A DNA stretch of 64,000 nucleotides from Klebsormidium nitens (taxonomy: Eukaryota > Plantae > Klebsormidiophyceae): assembly GCA_000708835.1 (NCBI GenBank), contig DF237391.1:12971-76970 (forward strand). Reading direction: 5' to 3'. Of the stretch, positions 50,818-63,116 are shown piece by piece. The notes under the pieces were generated by a model. It was not told the origin of the DNA, did not search any database, and worked only from the letters and a program-made list of their open reading frames with translations. The number at the start of each line of letters is the position of its first letter. The first letter of the stretch is position 1. A program made the position numbers and the translations under genes.

Positions 50818-53800
50818 CTACATGAACGGCGACGCCTTCATCAAACCAATCACTGCGATCACGTAGCCCACCTGCTGCAACCGCGTCAGCTGCCGGATGC
50901 CCTGCACGTGACGCAACACCCGCAGCATCTGCCACCGTCGTTTCAGCAGGTACCGACGGATCGGCTTGTTCTCCAAGCCCTCCGCTCTTCGCTGCTTCCG
51001 TCTCGGGCTCCGGGGGGGCAGATCGAGCCGCAACAGCTGCTTCTGCCGAGGGGAGCTAACCGCCAGCGCCCCTAGCGCCGACGCTTCGCTGCCCTTCTCG
51101 AGTGTGAGCTCGTCCCCGTCCGAGTCTTCGTCTTCGTCAAACAACCGCCGCAGGTTCAGGAAGCTCTCGCCGTCCGCACCCCCGGCGAAGAGCCCCTCGT
51201 CCTCCGCAGCCGAGAAGAGATCCACCCGGGAGCCGCGCCGGCTGAGAGACCGGATCTCGTTCGCCAGCTTCTCTGCGAGGGGCCCCATCGAGAGCGGCGT
51301 CTCGTCCTCGCCCTCCTCTGCGACCCGCTCTAGTTCCTTCTCCACCGACTGCTCCAGGCTGGCCATATCCGACACCTGCTCCCGCTCGCCACCCGACATC
51401 CCGTCGCTCGAGTTGCGCAGCACGCACCGTACGAGCTCCTCGAGCACTCCCCCCTCGCGCATCTGCTTGCACGCAAACAGGCCCGCAATGTACGTGTGCA
51501 TCATGTGCTCCTCCATCTGGTCCACCTTGCGCCCGAAAAGCATGCTCAGGTGCTGCGAGCCAAACTGTGCGACGAGTTCGCGGTCCCGGATCGGCTCGAG
51601 GGATCCCTCCTGCATATCGAGCATGACGACATGCCCCGCCGAGGTGTAACTAGACGCGTGCGGGGTTGGGTTGTAGACCACCGCACTGACCATGCTGGTT
51701 AGGAAGGCGACCAGGCGGCGGCGGACGGATTTGGGCACGGGGGACGCGGCGAGGCGCACAGTGACGCTCAGCGGGAGGCGCGTGAAGTGCTGGATGGCGC
51801 CCAGGGCGATGTCCATGAGGAAGCCGGCGTCGGCCACGGCGTCCATCTTGTTGAGGGCCTTGGAAACGGCGTTGATGACGGGCATGAGCCTGGAGGGAAG
51901 GGATTGGGGTCAGCATTTTCAAACCAGGCGCAAATTGCTGCTGCAGAACTATTGGTAGCGATGATGAGGGAAGGGAACTCTCCCCTTAATCTCTTCCAGA
52001 ACAAACTGCTGTCATATTTTTTGAAAGAAGAACTGTATCAAGTCAGCTCTGAAGCTCCTAAAATCCTGCTGCGTTCCTGATCTGAGCATGTGCAGAGAGG
52101 GGTTGGAAGCAGAGCTGCTATCAAGTACATGTGTTTGCAAACCATATTTGACATGAGGACTCCCCCTCCTGTGGAACCTCTGAAATCCTAGAACGCACAG
52201 AGCTGGAGTCAAAACAGAAGAAGCTCAGAGCATCTTGAAAACTGTCTAAACTAGCACTGTGAGCAGGGCTTCTTGACCATGCTAAGTGTGTTAGCTCAAA
52301 CAGATCACAACTTGAGCAAAACGAGGCAGCTGAGACCTCACCTTGGCACCGGGTCATTCCTGGACACAAAGTGATAGAAGTGCCCTCGGTATGCTGTGTT
52401 CAGGTACTCAGCGAGCTGCGGGTTTGCAAACATCGGCATCCCAAAGGTGAAGCACTGCAGCTGCTGCCTGTACTTGCTGTCTGGCCCGTGGCTCTCCAGC
52501 AGCCGCAGCATGAGCAGAGACGCAACTGCACCCCCCATGGAGTGGCCGGTGAAGACAAGGTCGTAACCGAGGTCCAGCAACCGTTGCAGGTGCTCCAGAG
52601 GGATGCCCTGCAAGAAGGGAGCAGCTGAACTGAATAATGGAGCCACAAACTGCTTTTCCTGAGTGAGTGGGGTCATCTGAGCACAAAATGAGGGAATCTG
52701 CCTGATCCATGACCAGAGGCAAGACCGTTGAGATTCATGTACAGAGTGTGTGCCTGCTGCTCTCCTGCATCTCTCTTGATCCGCAAGGAGTTGATCTACA
52801 TTGCGCCCTCACTGCAAGCATTTGAAGAAACCCAACCACACAGCCAAGTGCTGGTCACACCTTAACATCACCAGGCACTCTGGTGTCTTGCCATCTACAC
52901 AGTCTTCCATACCATAGCTGTGTCACTAGGAGCTTGAACAACCAATCGAGTATGGTATGCACTAAGGAGCTCAATGCTTGAGCTGCTATTGGTAAAGCTG
53001 ACAAAAATCTGCGCCTTTCCAACATTTGCGTTTTGCACTGCGAGGCAGATATCACAAGCTCTTTGGAACAGGTTTCTGCAGTTTGATAGATCAACAGCAG
53101 GAAATCCAACGTGAATTACTTGACGAACCCAAATGATAGGTAAGCTGTGAACATGACCATGTAAAGAATAGTGACTGGAAGAAGTTAACAAAGGGACTGT
53201 CAACGAACTGTGCACTCCTTGACTAAGCTTAGTTAAGCTCTGTTGTCCTCAATGTAGAATCTGGCCCAGAGTAAGAATGGAGCTAAAGCCAGGTTGTGTA
53301 ATGAGTTACGGTGTAAGAAAAAATCATTACAGAACCATTTGTCTGCTTGATCTTGTGGAGACTGAAACCAACTCACGCTTGCTTATCCCTTACCTCAAAT
53401 AATCATTGCAAAAGCTTGCTAACCAGAATCTAGTGACCGGATGACTCTCATCCTGACTTGATAGACCCCACCCAAAAACCTCGCAGTCAAGCATAGGGAT
53501 TCAGTGGACTGAGGGGAGTGTAGATGTGGACCCTAGCAACCTAGCAATCATCAAGGTAGGGTCAACCAAGGTGCATCATTAATGATGGTCAACAGAGACC
53601 CTAAACCAGAGGTAAGCGAAAAGATGCTCTCTCAGTACAGGCTGATCATTCTATCCTTGTCATTCAAATGTCCCCAATCATCCATGTAAGCTACAAGAAT
53701 CAGCGCTTTGATCCCGTCATACCTGTGCCCTCGCCCAAAACCCTCGGTGTGCCATTGCGCCATTCGCTTCCATTCCCTTTCCGCAGGCTCGACCTAGACA

Positions 53801-54154
53801 CTCTAAAGCCTGCTGCCTGATGCTAAAATCAGTCACAATGTCTCTCAGGGTCTTCGTACCCCTAAGCGACACAACAATGTGCCCATGGGTACTTCTCGCC
53901 AAAACCAGCCTCTGAACCGAACTCTGATACTCTCTTGGCAGAGGCAAGAACTCAAACTTGCCTACAGGTTGCTCATACAGACGGTTGAGCACGGCATCCC
54001 TGTTCTTAGCCTTTATCTGGTACACGGCCTTGCATAGGACGGCAGCGTCAGAGACCTTCTCCTTCCAAGTTGAGGAGGACGGTGGGGGCAGTCCTGGTGG
54101 AGGGAAAGGAGTAGGTTCCACCATTTCAGCCTCTCTGAAAGGAAGGACCGCCAT
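50818..54154 (-). CDS. Class-3 lipase (alpha/beta hydrolase) with long acidic/basic C-terminal extension; 3 exons
   Basis: VVSLRGT..D..TD, AHRGF, nucleophile elbow FTGHSMGG, FTFGMP, Asp motif RNDPVPR, His motif EHMMHTY. Junctions RAQ|GIP and PR|LMP are phase-consistent; stop TAG 50818-50820. Confidence 0.88.
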
Positions 54155-54317
54155 AGCGCGCTGGTGGGTTCATCAGCACGCCTTCAGCAAAGAGTTCCTC
54201 CCCCGTCTTTGTTTGTGGCGCTGCGAGTACGGTACGAGACTTTTACTAGGAAGTCTTCCTACTGGCAAGACTCTGTTACAGCACATTTCAGGCATGCTGC
54301 ACGATTCATCACTTAGT

Positions 54318-54388
54318 TAGGGCCTAAGTTAGTCCTAATCAGGCCCTATTTAAACCATTAAGGAGCCCTAATTAGGGCCTAATTAGGC
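54318..54388. repeat. Cluster of short palindromes/inverted repeats
   Basis: TAGGGCCT (54318-54325) ... AGGCCCTA (54341-54348); perfect palindromes GCCCTAATTAGGGC (54365-54378) and GCCTAATTAGGC (54377-54388). Confidence 0.85.
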
Positions 54389-54737
54389 ACACTAAACCAA
54401 GTTTTTCGGCACATGGAAGAATATGTCAGACGTTCACTATACGATGCATGTCGACGTGCTTACATGTACCATGATCGTGTGACATTATCCAAGCAAGTCA
54501 TTCAATCTCTTTTTTGATTTTGCCCTCTGCAGTATACCGAAAGAAACCATTTTGCAATCTGTACAATTTGACTAGCGTGTGTCACCGTTAAAAGTATTAT
54601 ATGCTGTCACGAATGGAGCTCCACTGCATCACGAAAGTCAAGACTCCGACGAACCCTTAAAGTGTTTATGGTTTCCCCTCTATAGAAACTACTCTACTTC
54701 ACCATCTCTCCGGCGCGGCGATTTTCTGGCCCCCCTC

Positions 54738-55642
54738 TCAAGCCGCTCCCTTCCCCCTCTTTCCACCCTGCTTCGACGTTTCAGCCCCTCCCTGAGGCCC
54801 ATGCGCAGCTTCCCGAGCCGCGCGCTCTGCAGCCATTCGCGTCTGGCGCTGCAACTCCGCCTTCTGGGCCCGTTTAGCATCCTTTGTCGCCCTCTCTCTT
54901 GCCTCCCGTTCGATTTGCTTTGCGGACTTCCACCTCTTCTCGTCCGCTTTGCCGGGGTCGTACTCGACCTTCTCACGTTTGTGCCCGAGGCCGTGCTCCA
55001 CGGCGGCTTGCAAAGGCAGAGTGTTGTCTTCGTTCCGAATTCCGCGGATCCTGCGCGCTAGGTCCAGGTCCTTCTTCTGAAGGGTCTTCCGCTTGCCGTG
55101 CGCCTGGCAGAAGATCGCGTCACCGAACAGCCCTACGACAAAGTCCTGACTTGCCTCCAACAGAGCGTCCAACGCCGACACCTGCCACCTGGAGAAAAGC
55201 TTGCCAACTCGGTTTAGCAAGTGCTATGATAAAGGGGGCACTACATTCATTCCGATATTCCCAAACCGACATTAGATGTTGCAACGTTTTTCCCCCGGGC
55301 TGCCACGCTGGAACAGTGGACCAATGAGAAAAGGGGACCTGCAACCTGCGGTACCCAGTGCTTTTACGGGCAAATTCTCTACGGTCCCAGTCCCCGTACG
55401 TACCGTCGTAAATCACCGGTCGCAAGCAGTCGCCGAGTCGGCAGACACTGCGTACTCTGATTCAGTCTGAACCTAGGCTGAAATTTATCGCGCGGTGCGT
55501 AACTCCGGGGATTTTCGGGCTCAGTAGTGAAAACTCCAAGTCTGACATGCGGCGATTCGAATTCACTCGAACGTGCAGAAAGATTCGCATATTGGCTTGC
55601 CTCTTCCCCCTGGGAAGTGGGCAACCATCGGTATGGGTTCAA
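54738..55642 (-). CDS. Histone H3-like histone-fold protein with ~100-aa basic/charged C-terminal extension; spliced, start uncertain
   Basis: Exon 55188-54738 reads WQVSALDALLEASQDFVVGLFGDAIFCQAHGKRKTLQKKDLDLARRIRG, aligning to H3 [48 protein letters not shown]. It has a strong acceptor ttttctccag. Upstream putative exons give APRDKFQPR|EFARKSTGYR|R with matching phase-2 junctions. Confidence 0.8.
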
Positions 55643-56249
55643 TCGGCGCTGTATGCGGGGCAGCGCGGGCCCCGGCGCTCGGCCTGCTTGCGTTGACCGG
55701 GTTCGACGATAAAACGTACAGTACGGTGTTAAAAAGTTCCCGTATAATGGCGACAGGGTCCGTCAGACTGGGCCGCGCGTCGCGGTGCGGATTGCGGTTT
55801 AGAATCGAACAATTTGGTGGAAGTTTCTGCTGCTCTGAGTCGTCGTCGAACTAGACCGCGCTTAGCTGGGCGGGGTATACCTAATACATTATCTACCCGG
55901 CCTACCCTGCGTAGGTTGACAATCTATCTGTGCTTTGACGCTAGTGATGAATCTGCGTTGCATGCATGTCGTGCATGCTACCTTATGGCGGTACGTACTT
56001 TGCGGGCGTGTGAGACTCCGTCTTATTATTAGCGGTAGGTACCTCGACGGTTCGTTTATTTCAATGATCGCTTGAAGCGCGGCTAAGACTTCTGTACGAC
56101 TTTCGACTGCTGTGCTGTTTCTATGTCGATGGAGTTCTGTTCGTGGCTTCTGTGCGAGTCCTGTCAACTATTTGTAGCTGCTTTTTCGGCGCCTTTCTTG
56201 CTTCACTTTGACCTGCTTAAACTTCTGCTGCGAAAGCGTGATCTCGTCA

Positions 56250-59200
56250 ATGGCGTCGCCTGCTGATGATGAAGATAGATATGGGTCGCAGGTATTGTTA
56301 GGCGACGAAGTCTGCGCAACCGCGCTTGATGGTCGCTTCGAAAGTTGCGCAGGTACAGTTATCAGCTGGGAAGGCAAAGAAGCAGGTTTTTCTATTCGAG
56401 TGGCAGTGCCGCCTTCTCAGGAGGGAGCTGTATTGAGCGGTGTACAGGCATGCGAGATGGCATATGTAGTGCTTGTAGAAAACTGTACAGATAATGAGTC
56501 GGGTGAAGCTGCGTGCTCTGAGGAGCAGAAATCTGGCAAGTTAGATATGATCCTGTGTCCTTGGAAGCTGCACTGTACGAACAAAGTCCTGCCAGATGCG
56601 CTTAGTTGTCAGGTCTGCGGGGGCAGCGGGAAAAAGCGTTTGAAAGAATGTCCAGTCTGCACGCAGAGAGCATTCAATCAAGCACACCTTTGTGGTAATT
56701 GCAAGTACAGATTTGCGGAGCATCCTGGGTGGTTTAGGGGTGTTAGCAAGACGAAGCGCTTGCAGCAGCCATTCGAAATCAAGTGTTCTTTTAGCAACAA
56801 GCAGTATCATTACGGTAAATTCGACTCTGAAGAGCAGGCTGCTAGAGCGTATGATTACGTAGTTGAAGCGCTCGTGGCGGAAGGCGCTTACCCGAGGCCT
56901 CTCAACTTTCCTGACGGGTTGGCTATGGATGCAGCGGAGCGGGCGTATGCTGAACAATGTTTGACATCAATTAGAGGTAAGATGATGCAACGCCGAAGAG
57001 CACCCAAAACTGATGAGTCTACTTCGTTTCCGAGCCGTACGCTTCCCTTTGTAGTGTACGATGAACAGGAAACTGGTCGTGCAAACTATCGCGCTCGACT
57101 CAAGGTGGGAACTTGTGTTTATCAGCTTGGTGAGTATGAAACTGAAACGGAAGCTGCTTTAGCGCACGATTTCGTCGCGAGACAAGCACCTGGAAGCCAC
57201 AAACTTAATTTCCCTGCTTCTGATCAGTTAAAGCTGTGTTCTGAGGTGGAGAAGCGTTTGGAAAGCGTTATCTCGACGATGATGCCGAACGCTGGTTGTT
57301 CGGCAAATGACATCGCCTCGGAGCCTCTTGAAGACATAATTCGCGAATTTCGTCAAGCAAGTGATGAAGGACCTGTATTTGTTTGCACTTGCTGCCGCCG
57401 TACTTGGTTTTCGCATAGTATGCGAATAGTTAGTGACACTTTGAGGAATCGACTTGAAACTGATGAAGAGCTTGCTTGGTTGACCGGTCGCAAATCTGTA
57501 AACGATGAAGAGTGGATATGTTCCACATGCTATCGGTATGTGGCCAAACGAAGATGTCCACCTGGTGCGCCGCCTCACCAACCAGATTTTGCGACTCTGG
57601 ATCCTGTGTTACAAGATTTGACGAGTATCGAGAATGATCTGATTGCTTTGCGACTGCCTTTTATGAAATTACGTGGTTTGCCGCCATCGACGGCAGGAGG
57701 CTCTTCTAAAGCAGGTCAACTAGCTTTGAAAGGGATGGTAGTCAACGTTCCTGCCGATTTAAATAAGATTCAACTCGCTCTTCCAAGACTTATTGATTCA
57801 GAAGGAACTATACCCGTAGCTATCAAATACAAGTTGAAAACTAAGGCTTGTTATCGAGCGGCGGAGAACGTGCGCCCAGCAAAAATACGTGATGCTTTAA
57901 TTTTCCTGACAAGACAGCCGACTCTTTGGCACAAGCCTACTCTTTGGTATGATGCGTCTGTATCGATACGTTCTGACTGGCTTAACGAATGCAGTAAGCC
58001 AGCGAAAGTGACTATCTGCGACTCTCTGCCATGTACGGCCTCGCTTGGTCTTGAAAGCGGTCCGTTCGTACACGAACCAGCACCTATTACTTCGTCGTCT
58101 GATTCGGAGCCTGAAGAAGATGAGGACGGTCAGCTGCCGCCGGAAGAGACTATGCTGCAAGACGCGCCTGCGTATGTTAGTGCTCATTTATTCGGTGTGA
58201 ATGTGGCACCAAGTGAAGGTCAGACCCCAATTGGTATGCTTCAAGATGTGTATGCCGAAGAGAAGGCGTTTCCTTGTCTATTCAACGGATATGCTAGGCC
58301 TAAGGGCAATCAAAGTTACAGCAAAGTATGTAAATTTGAACTCAGTAATGAAGATAGGCGATTTGCACGTCATCCAAGCAACATATTTTTCAAACTACGA
58401 AAACTACAAGCGAGTTTCGTGTCTGGAGAATCATGGGTACGGTTACGGAAAAAGAAATTGCCAAATAATATATGTCCTACTGCTGGAGAACTTCGAAATC
58501 CAGCCGTTCAAACTTCTCTGGTATCACAGAATGTAGGCTACCGGGACTTTAAAACGCTACGCGGTAGTCCGGAGTATAACAGGCAAGGAAAGAAAGAAGC
58601 TTTTGCGATGATACGACAGTTAGGCCCGTTCCAAATTTTTGCTACTTTTACTATGTCTGAAACTCGTTGGGGTGTTCTATTGCGAACTTTGCACAAATTG
58701 GCAACTGGAGAGTTCATTTCTGAGGCTGCCGCTTTACAGTTACCTTGGTTGGATAAAGCGCGACTAATCAGAGATGATCCTGTCACAGTAGCACGTTGTT
58801 ATTGTAATCGGAGAGATCACCTGATCCATACACTTCAAAAATACTCGACTTTGATTGGACACGTCACAGACTTCTTTTGGCGCGATGAATTTCAACAACG
58901 TGGCTCGCCGCATACGCATGCTGCTTTCTATCTGGCCGATTCTCCTAAATTTGGAATCGACGATGATACAGCGGTCGTTGCTTTCATTGACGAACACGTG
59001 ACGTGTTCGTCTTCGGCTGCATCTCCGAGTGATCTGGCTGGGCAGTACCACAAACATAGGCGTGGCTACTGTCTGAAACGTAGCACTTCTGGAGGCAAGT
59101 CTGTTTGTCGGTTTGATTTCCCCCGGCCACCTTTGCATGAGACAATGATTTTGAATCCGTTGCCGGAAAGTATTTCAGACTTTAAAAAGCAGGAATGCGC

Positions 59201-62200
59201 GGAGTTCTCGAGACGAATAACAACAGGCTTAAGGCGTCTGGAGTTGGACGAATCAAATCTGCATCGTTTGTCGTGTTCCGAGTTCTATGCTAGCTTGTCT
59301 TTGACACCCGCAGAATATGTACTTGGTCTGCGGTTCAGATTGATGAAACCAGCGGTGTTTTTGCGAAGATTACCTTCTGAAATTTACATCAATAACTATA
59401 ATCCGAAACTGTTGAAATTGCTGGGAGGTACGAATATGGATATACAGTTCGTCCTAGAAGCGTACGCTGCGGCCAACTATATCAGTTCGTATATGATGAA
59501 AACAGATTATCGGCTTAGTAAACTCTTAGATCAAGCGTATGCCGACGCTCGGCGAGGAAACATGGAACTTCGCCGAGGAATAAGGTATGTGGGCATGGCT
59601 CTTCTAAAAGGTCAGGAAATATCGGCGCAAGAAGCGGTGTACGGATGCCTGGGGCTTCCGTACAGGCATAGCTCTCGACAACACATATTCATTCCAACAA
59701 GCATTCCAGAAAATCGTACTTTATTGATCAAAACCGACAGTGCCCTGCGACTCCTTCCGGAAGACTCGACGGAATGTGTTTATTCCAACATAGTCGACAA
59801 GTACGCGATGCGTTTACAAAATTGGAGCATGCAAGGCTCTGAAAATTTAACTTTAGCAGACTTCGCTGCGTGGTTTGAAGCCTCTAAGAGCTCTCCAGAT
59901 CTTCCGGAAGAAGTAAATGATGACGCTCTAGATGACACAAGTGTGAGAAATCAAGAGCCGGCACTTGACTTTGACGACAGCCGTGACGTGTCTGGTTCTG
60001 TCAGATATCATAAGCGCGAAAAAGCGAAGATCATACGGTACGCGAACTTTAAAAAATCTGAGGATCCCGAACTATATTACCGCGAGCGTATTATGCTGTT
60101 TCTCCCGTGGGCATTTAGCGGAGACAGCTCAATGGCTCTGAGCGCAGCTGAAACCGATATACTACTGGCTGGCTATGACACTTTCGAAGCCCGCTATGAG
60201 GCTGAGAAAGACGCCATTGAAACTGCTGCAGCAGTCTACGATTATCACTCTAATATTGTCTGGGACGAGGTCGAAAGATACGCAGAAAACAAGGCAGCTG
60301 AAGACGCAGACATCTTCGGTGATACTTCAGAGGATCCGTTCATCCGTAATTCAAACGTGACCTCGGAAACAGGTGCGCCTGTCGAGTTCACAGTATCACC
60401 AGACTTCGTGCCGTCTGCAGCTTCGTCCGCTGTAGAGAAGCTACCCCATTCACAATTTGTACTGCCTGATGATGACTTCCGTGCACAAATGCGGTCGCTT
60501 ACGACAACGCAGCGATCGTACGTGGATCATGTCTTACATTCGTTAAAGTTCCCGGGTACTCGAAAATTTGTCGAATTTCTTACCGGTGGGGCTGGAACGG
60601 GTAAAAGTCTGGTTATTCGATGTATCACACAGCTGGTTATTAGAACGTTCAGCGGAGCTATGGGTTTGCAGCCAACTTCTTTGAAAATGTTGTTAGCCGC
60701 GTTCACGGGAAGTGCCGGCTTCAATATAGATGGTGTGACGATCCACTCCGCTTTTAAACTTCCGCTGTATGCGAAACTAGAATCTTACATTCCAGTCGCT
60801 GGTGAAAAAAAAGCGACTCTTAGAGACGCATACACAGATCTCAGAGGGTGCGTCATTGACGAAATCTCAATGACGGGTGCTAAATTGCTACAGATGATCA
60901 ACTATCGCTTGCAAGAAATATTCGAGTCTGTCGATCCGTTCGGCGGACTTCCGATACTCTTTGGCGGTGATTTGTTTCAGTTGCAACCGCTTTGGGACGG
61001 CTACGTCTTCGAGGGAGTTCGTAAAAACGGAGTACTGAGTTGTTAGCAATTTGTGGGAGGAGAACGTCGAAATGTTTGAACTCGTTCAAATCATGCGGCA
61101 GCAAGAAAACTTGGAATTTGCCGAAGCGCTTAACCGGCTGCGGACAGGCAGTCATACTGCAGCGGATTTAGCGTTGTTTGAAACGAGAGTCGTAGATCCG
61201 CTGAATCTGCCAACAAGTTATTCTGCTTTTGACAAGCATATTTTTGCCACTCGCAAAAAAAGGGACGCCCATAACAGTCTGGTTCTGCGCCTTACGGGGG
61301 GTTCCGAATGTGAAATTCATGCACGAGATGAGCCGTTATCATACGGTGCTTCAACAAAAGACCGCGAACACTTTCTGTTTAGAGCTGCGAGTATGCCGGA
61401 TACAGAAACGGCAACATTGTTTGCGGTTTTACAGCTAAAAGAAGGACTCTTGGTCGAAATTACTTGTAATACAAATAATCCGGACGGATTGTACAATGGA
61501 GCTACGGGATACATCCGGCGGTTCCACGATCTCGGTGGCCGCGATCCGCACGTTATTTGGGTAGAATTTTTAGAAAATAGAATTGGGCAACAAACTCGTG
61601 AACAATGGGCTTCTCTGTATCAGCAGTGCCCGTCTATTGACTCTGCGTGGACACCAGTATTCCGAATTTCTCGAACCTTTCAAGCCACTCGAAGAATTGA
61701 AAGTACAATTTTGAGAACCCAGTTTCCTTTGCGACCTGCAACCGCCGGAACCTTCTACCACACACAAGGTATGACTTTGCGGAAGGGCTCTCTCGATTTC
61801 AGGGGCGCCTCGAAGCATCACGTGGACGCAGGTCGTCACTACGTAGGTTTGAGCCGGTTTCCTGACTTGAATCAGCTATTCATACTAGATCCTGCTTTCG
61901 ATGAGATTATAGTAAGCTCTAAGGTACTTAAAGAAATGGCCCGTCTTCGGCAACAAGCGTGTGTGATCCCATGTATTCCACAAGTATCTATCAGTCCTGG
62001 GAGCGATCGAGAATTGCATTTACTTGCTCACAACGTGCGTTCTTTGCGTCTTCATGCTTCTGACATATTTTCAGATACTAATTTCCAACGCAGTCACATA
62101 ATTGTCTGTACAGAAACGCGGGCGTCGCCCATGTGGGACTTTTCCTCGCTGGAACAGCCTGATTTCGATTTATTCCGTGCAGAGGCTAATCCATCTGGGC

Positions 62201-62709
62201 GAGATGGTTTCGACAATGTTTTGGTGTACATATCGAAGAGCGGTCGAATGCTAAGCGGCACCGTTCATTCTGCCTTCTCTGATTGTCATTCATAGGTGTT
62301 GTGCGTGCATGTACGCGGCCGTCCTGATCCTGATTTCTATCTCATAGCAGTGTATAGATCACCATCTGACTTCCAAATCGACCGTTTTTTGGAAACCGTG
62401 CACTCGTTCATTGCTAACGTGATTCAAAGAGCGCCTACTTCTTCCCCCTCATTCGTATGTGCAGGAGACTTCAACATAGACCTCCTAAAACCTTCTGGTG
62501 CAGCTAGCCGACTTATGGACATTATGCGTTCTTTTAATGCTCAATTGTTGAACTCGTTGCCGACTACGAATCAGGGCGCTCTTCTCGATCACATCTGGGC
62601 ATCGTCATCTCTAGCAGGCGCAGGAACAACTAGAAACTTGGAGGCGTATTGGAGTGATCACTGCCCAGTGCACTCCACGTTTCGTTGGCACGAGTCTGAG
62701 TCCAGGTGA
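56250..62709 (+). pseudogene. Rep/Pif1-helicase/AP-endonuclease polyprotein with N-terminal Zn ribbon and two AP2 domains; frameshift near 61040-61050 and in-frame TAG at 62293-62295
   Basis: Zn CQVC..CPVC..CGNC; AP2 x2; CTCC...CSTC and DLTSIENDLIALRLPFM..LKGMVVNVP (Helitron N-terminal block); Rep FATFT, EFQQRGSPHTH, YISSYMMK; helicase GGAGTGKS, AFTGSAG..IDG.TIHS, IDEISM, GGDLFQL, IMRQ, QFPL, YVGLSR; EEP HNVRSL, CTET, YRSP, GDFN, LDHI, SDH. Confidence 0.9.
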
Positions 62710-63116
62710 GCAGCGAATATTCTGTCCATTTGTACTTTGAGATATTGGGCAACATAAAATTCGCAGATTCTGCAGATTGTGCGCTCGTGAAGCGGCGCAC
62801 GCGAAGAATGCACCCGCTAGGGAAAAGGAGCGCGTGTGAAAGGGAATGCGCGCGCGCGCACAAACAGGCGCACGCGGTTGGTCGTACTACAAGAACTCTC
62901 AGTTTGGCTTCTCTGCTGCGATTGTTCATCCGTTTCATATCTCCGGCGCGCACAGCCTGAAGCTGTGTCTGCGCAAACACTGATCTAGATCATGCACAGT
63001 TTCGGCTTCAAAGACGTCGCATGCACTTAGAACGCAAACACGACTTCAGCTGTATCTGCACGCAGCTTTCAACTTCTGTCATTTCGCGTCATCTTCTAGT
63101 ACCTTCTTCACATTCG

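Noticed and set aside
61044-61052. TAG CAA TTT as a leaky readthrough or programmed frameshift signal
   Set aside because: It differs from the UAG-CAR-YYA context, readthrough hits TGA within ~10 codons, and no slippery heptamer is present. A 26-nt GT-AG intron is too short and gives the wrong frame.
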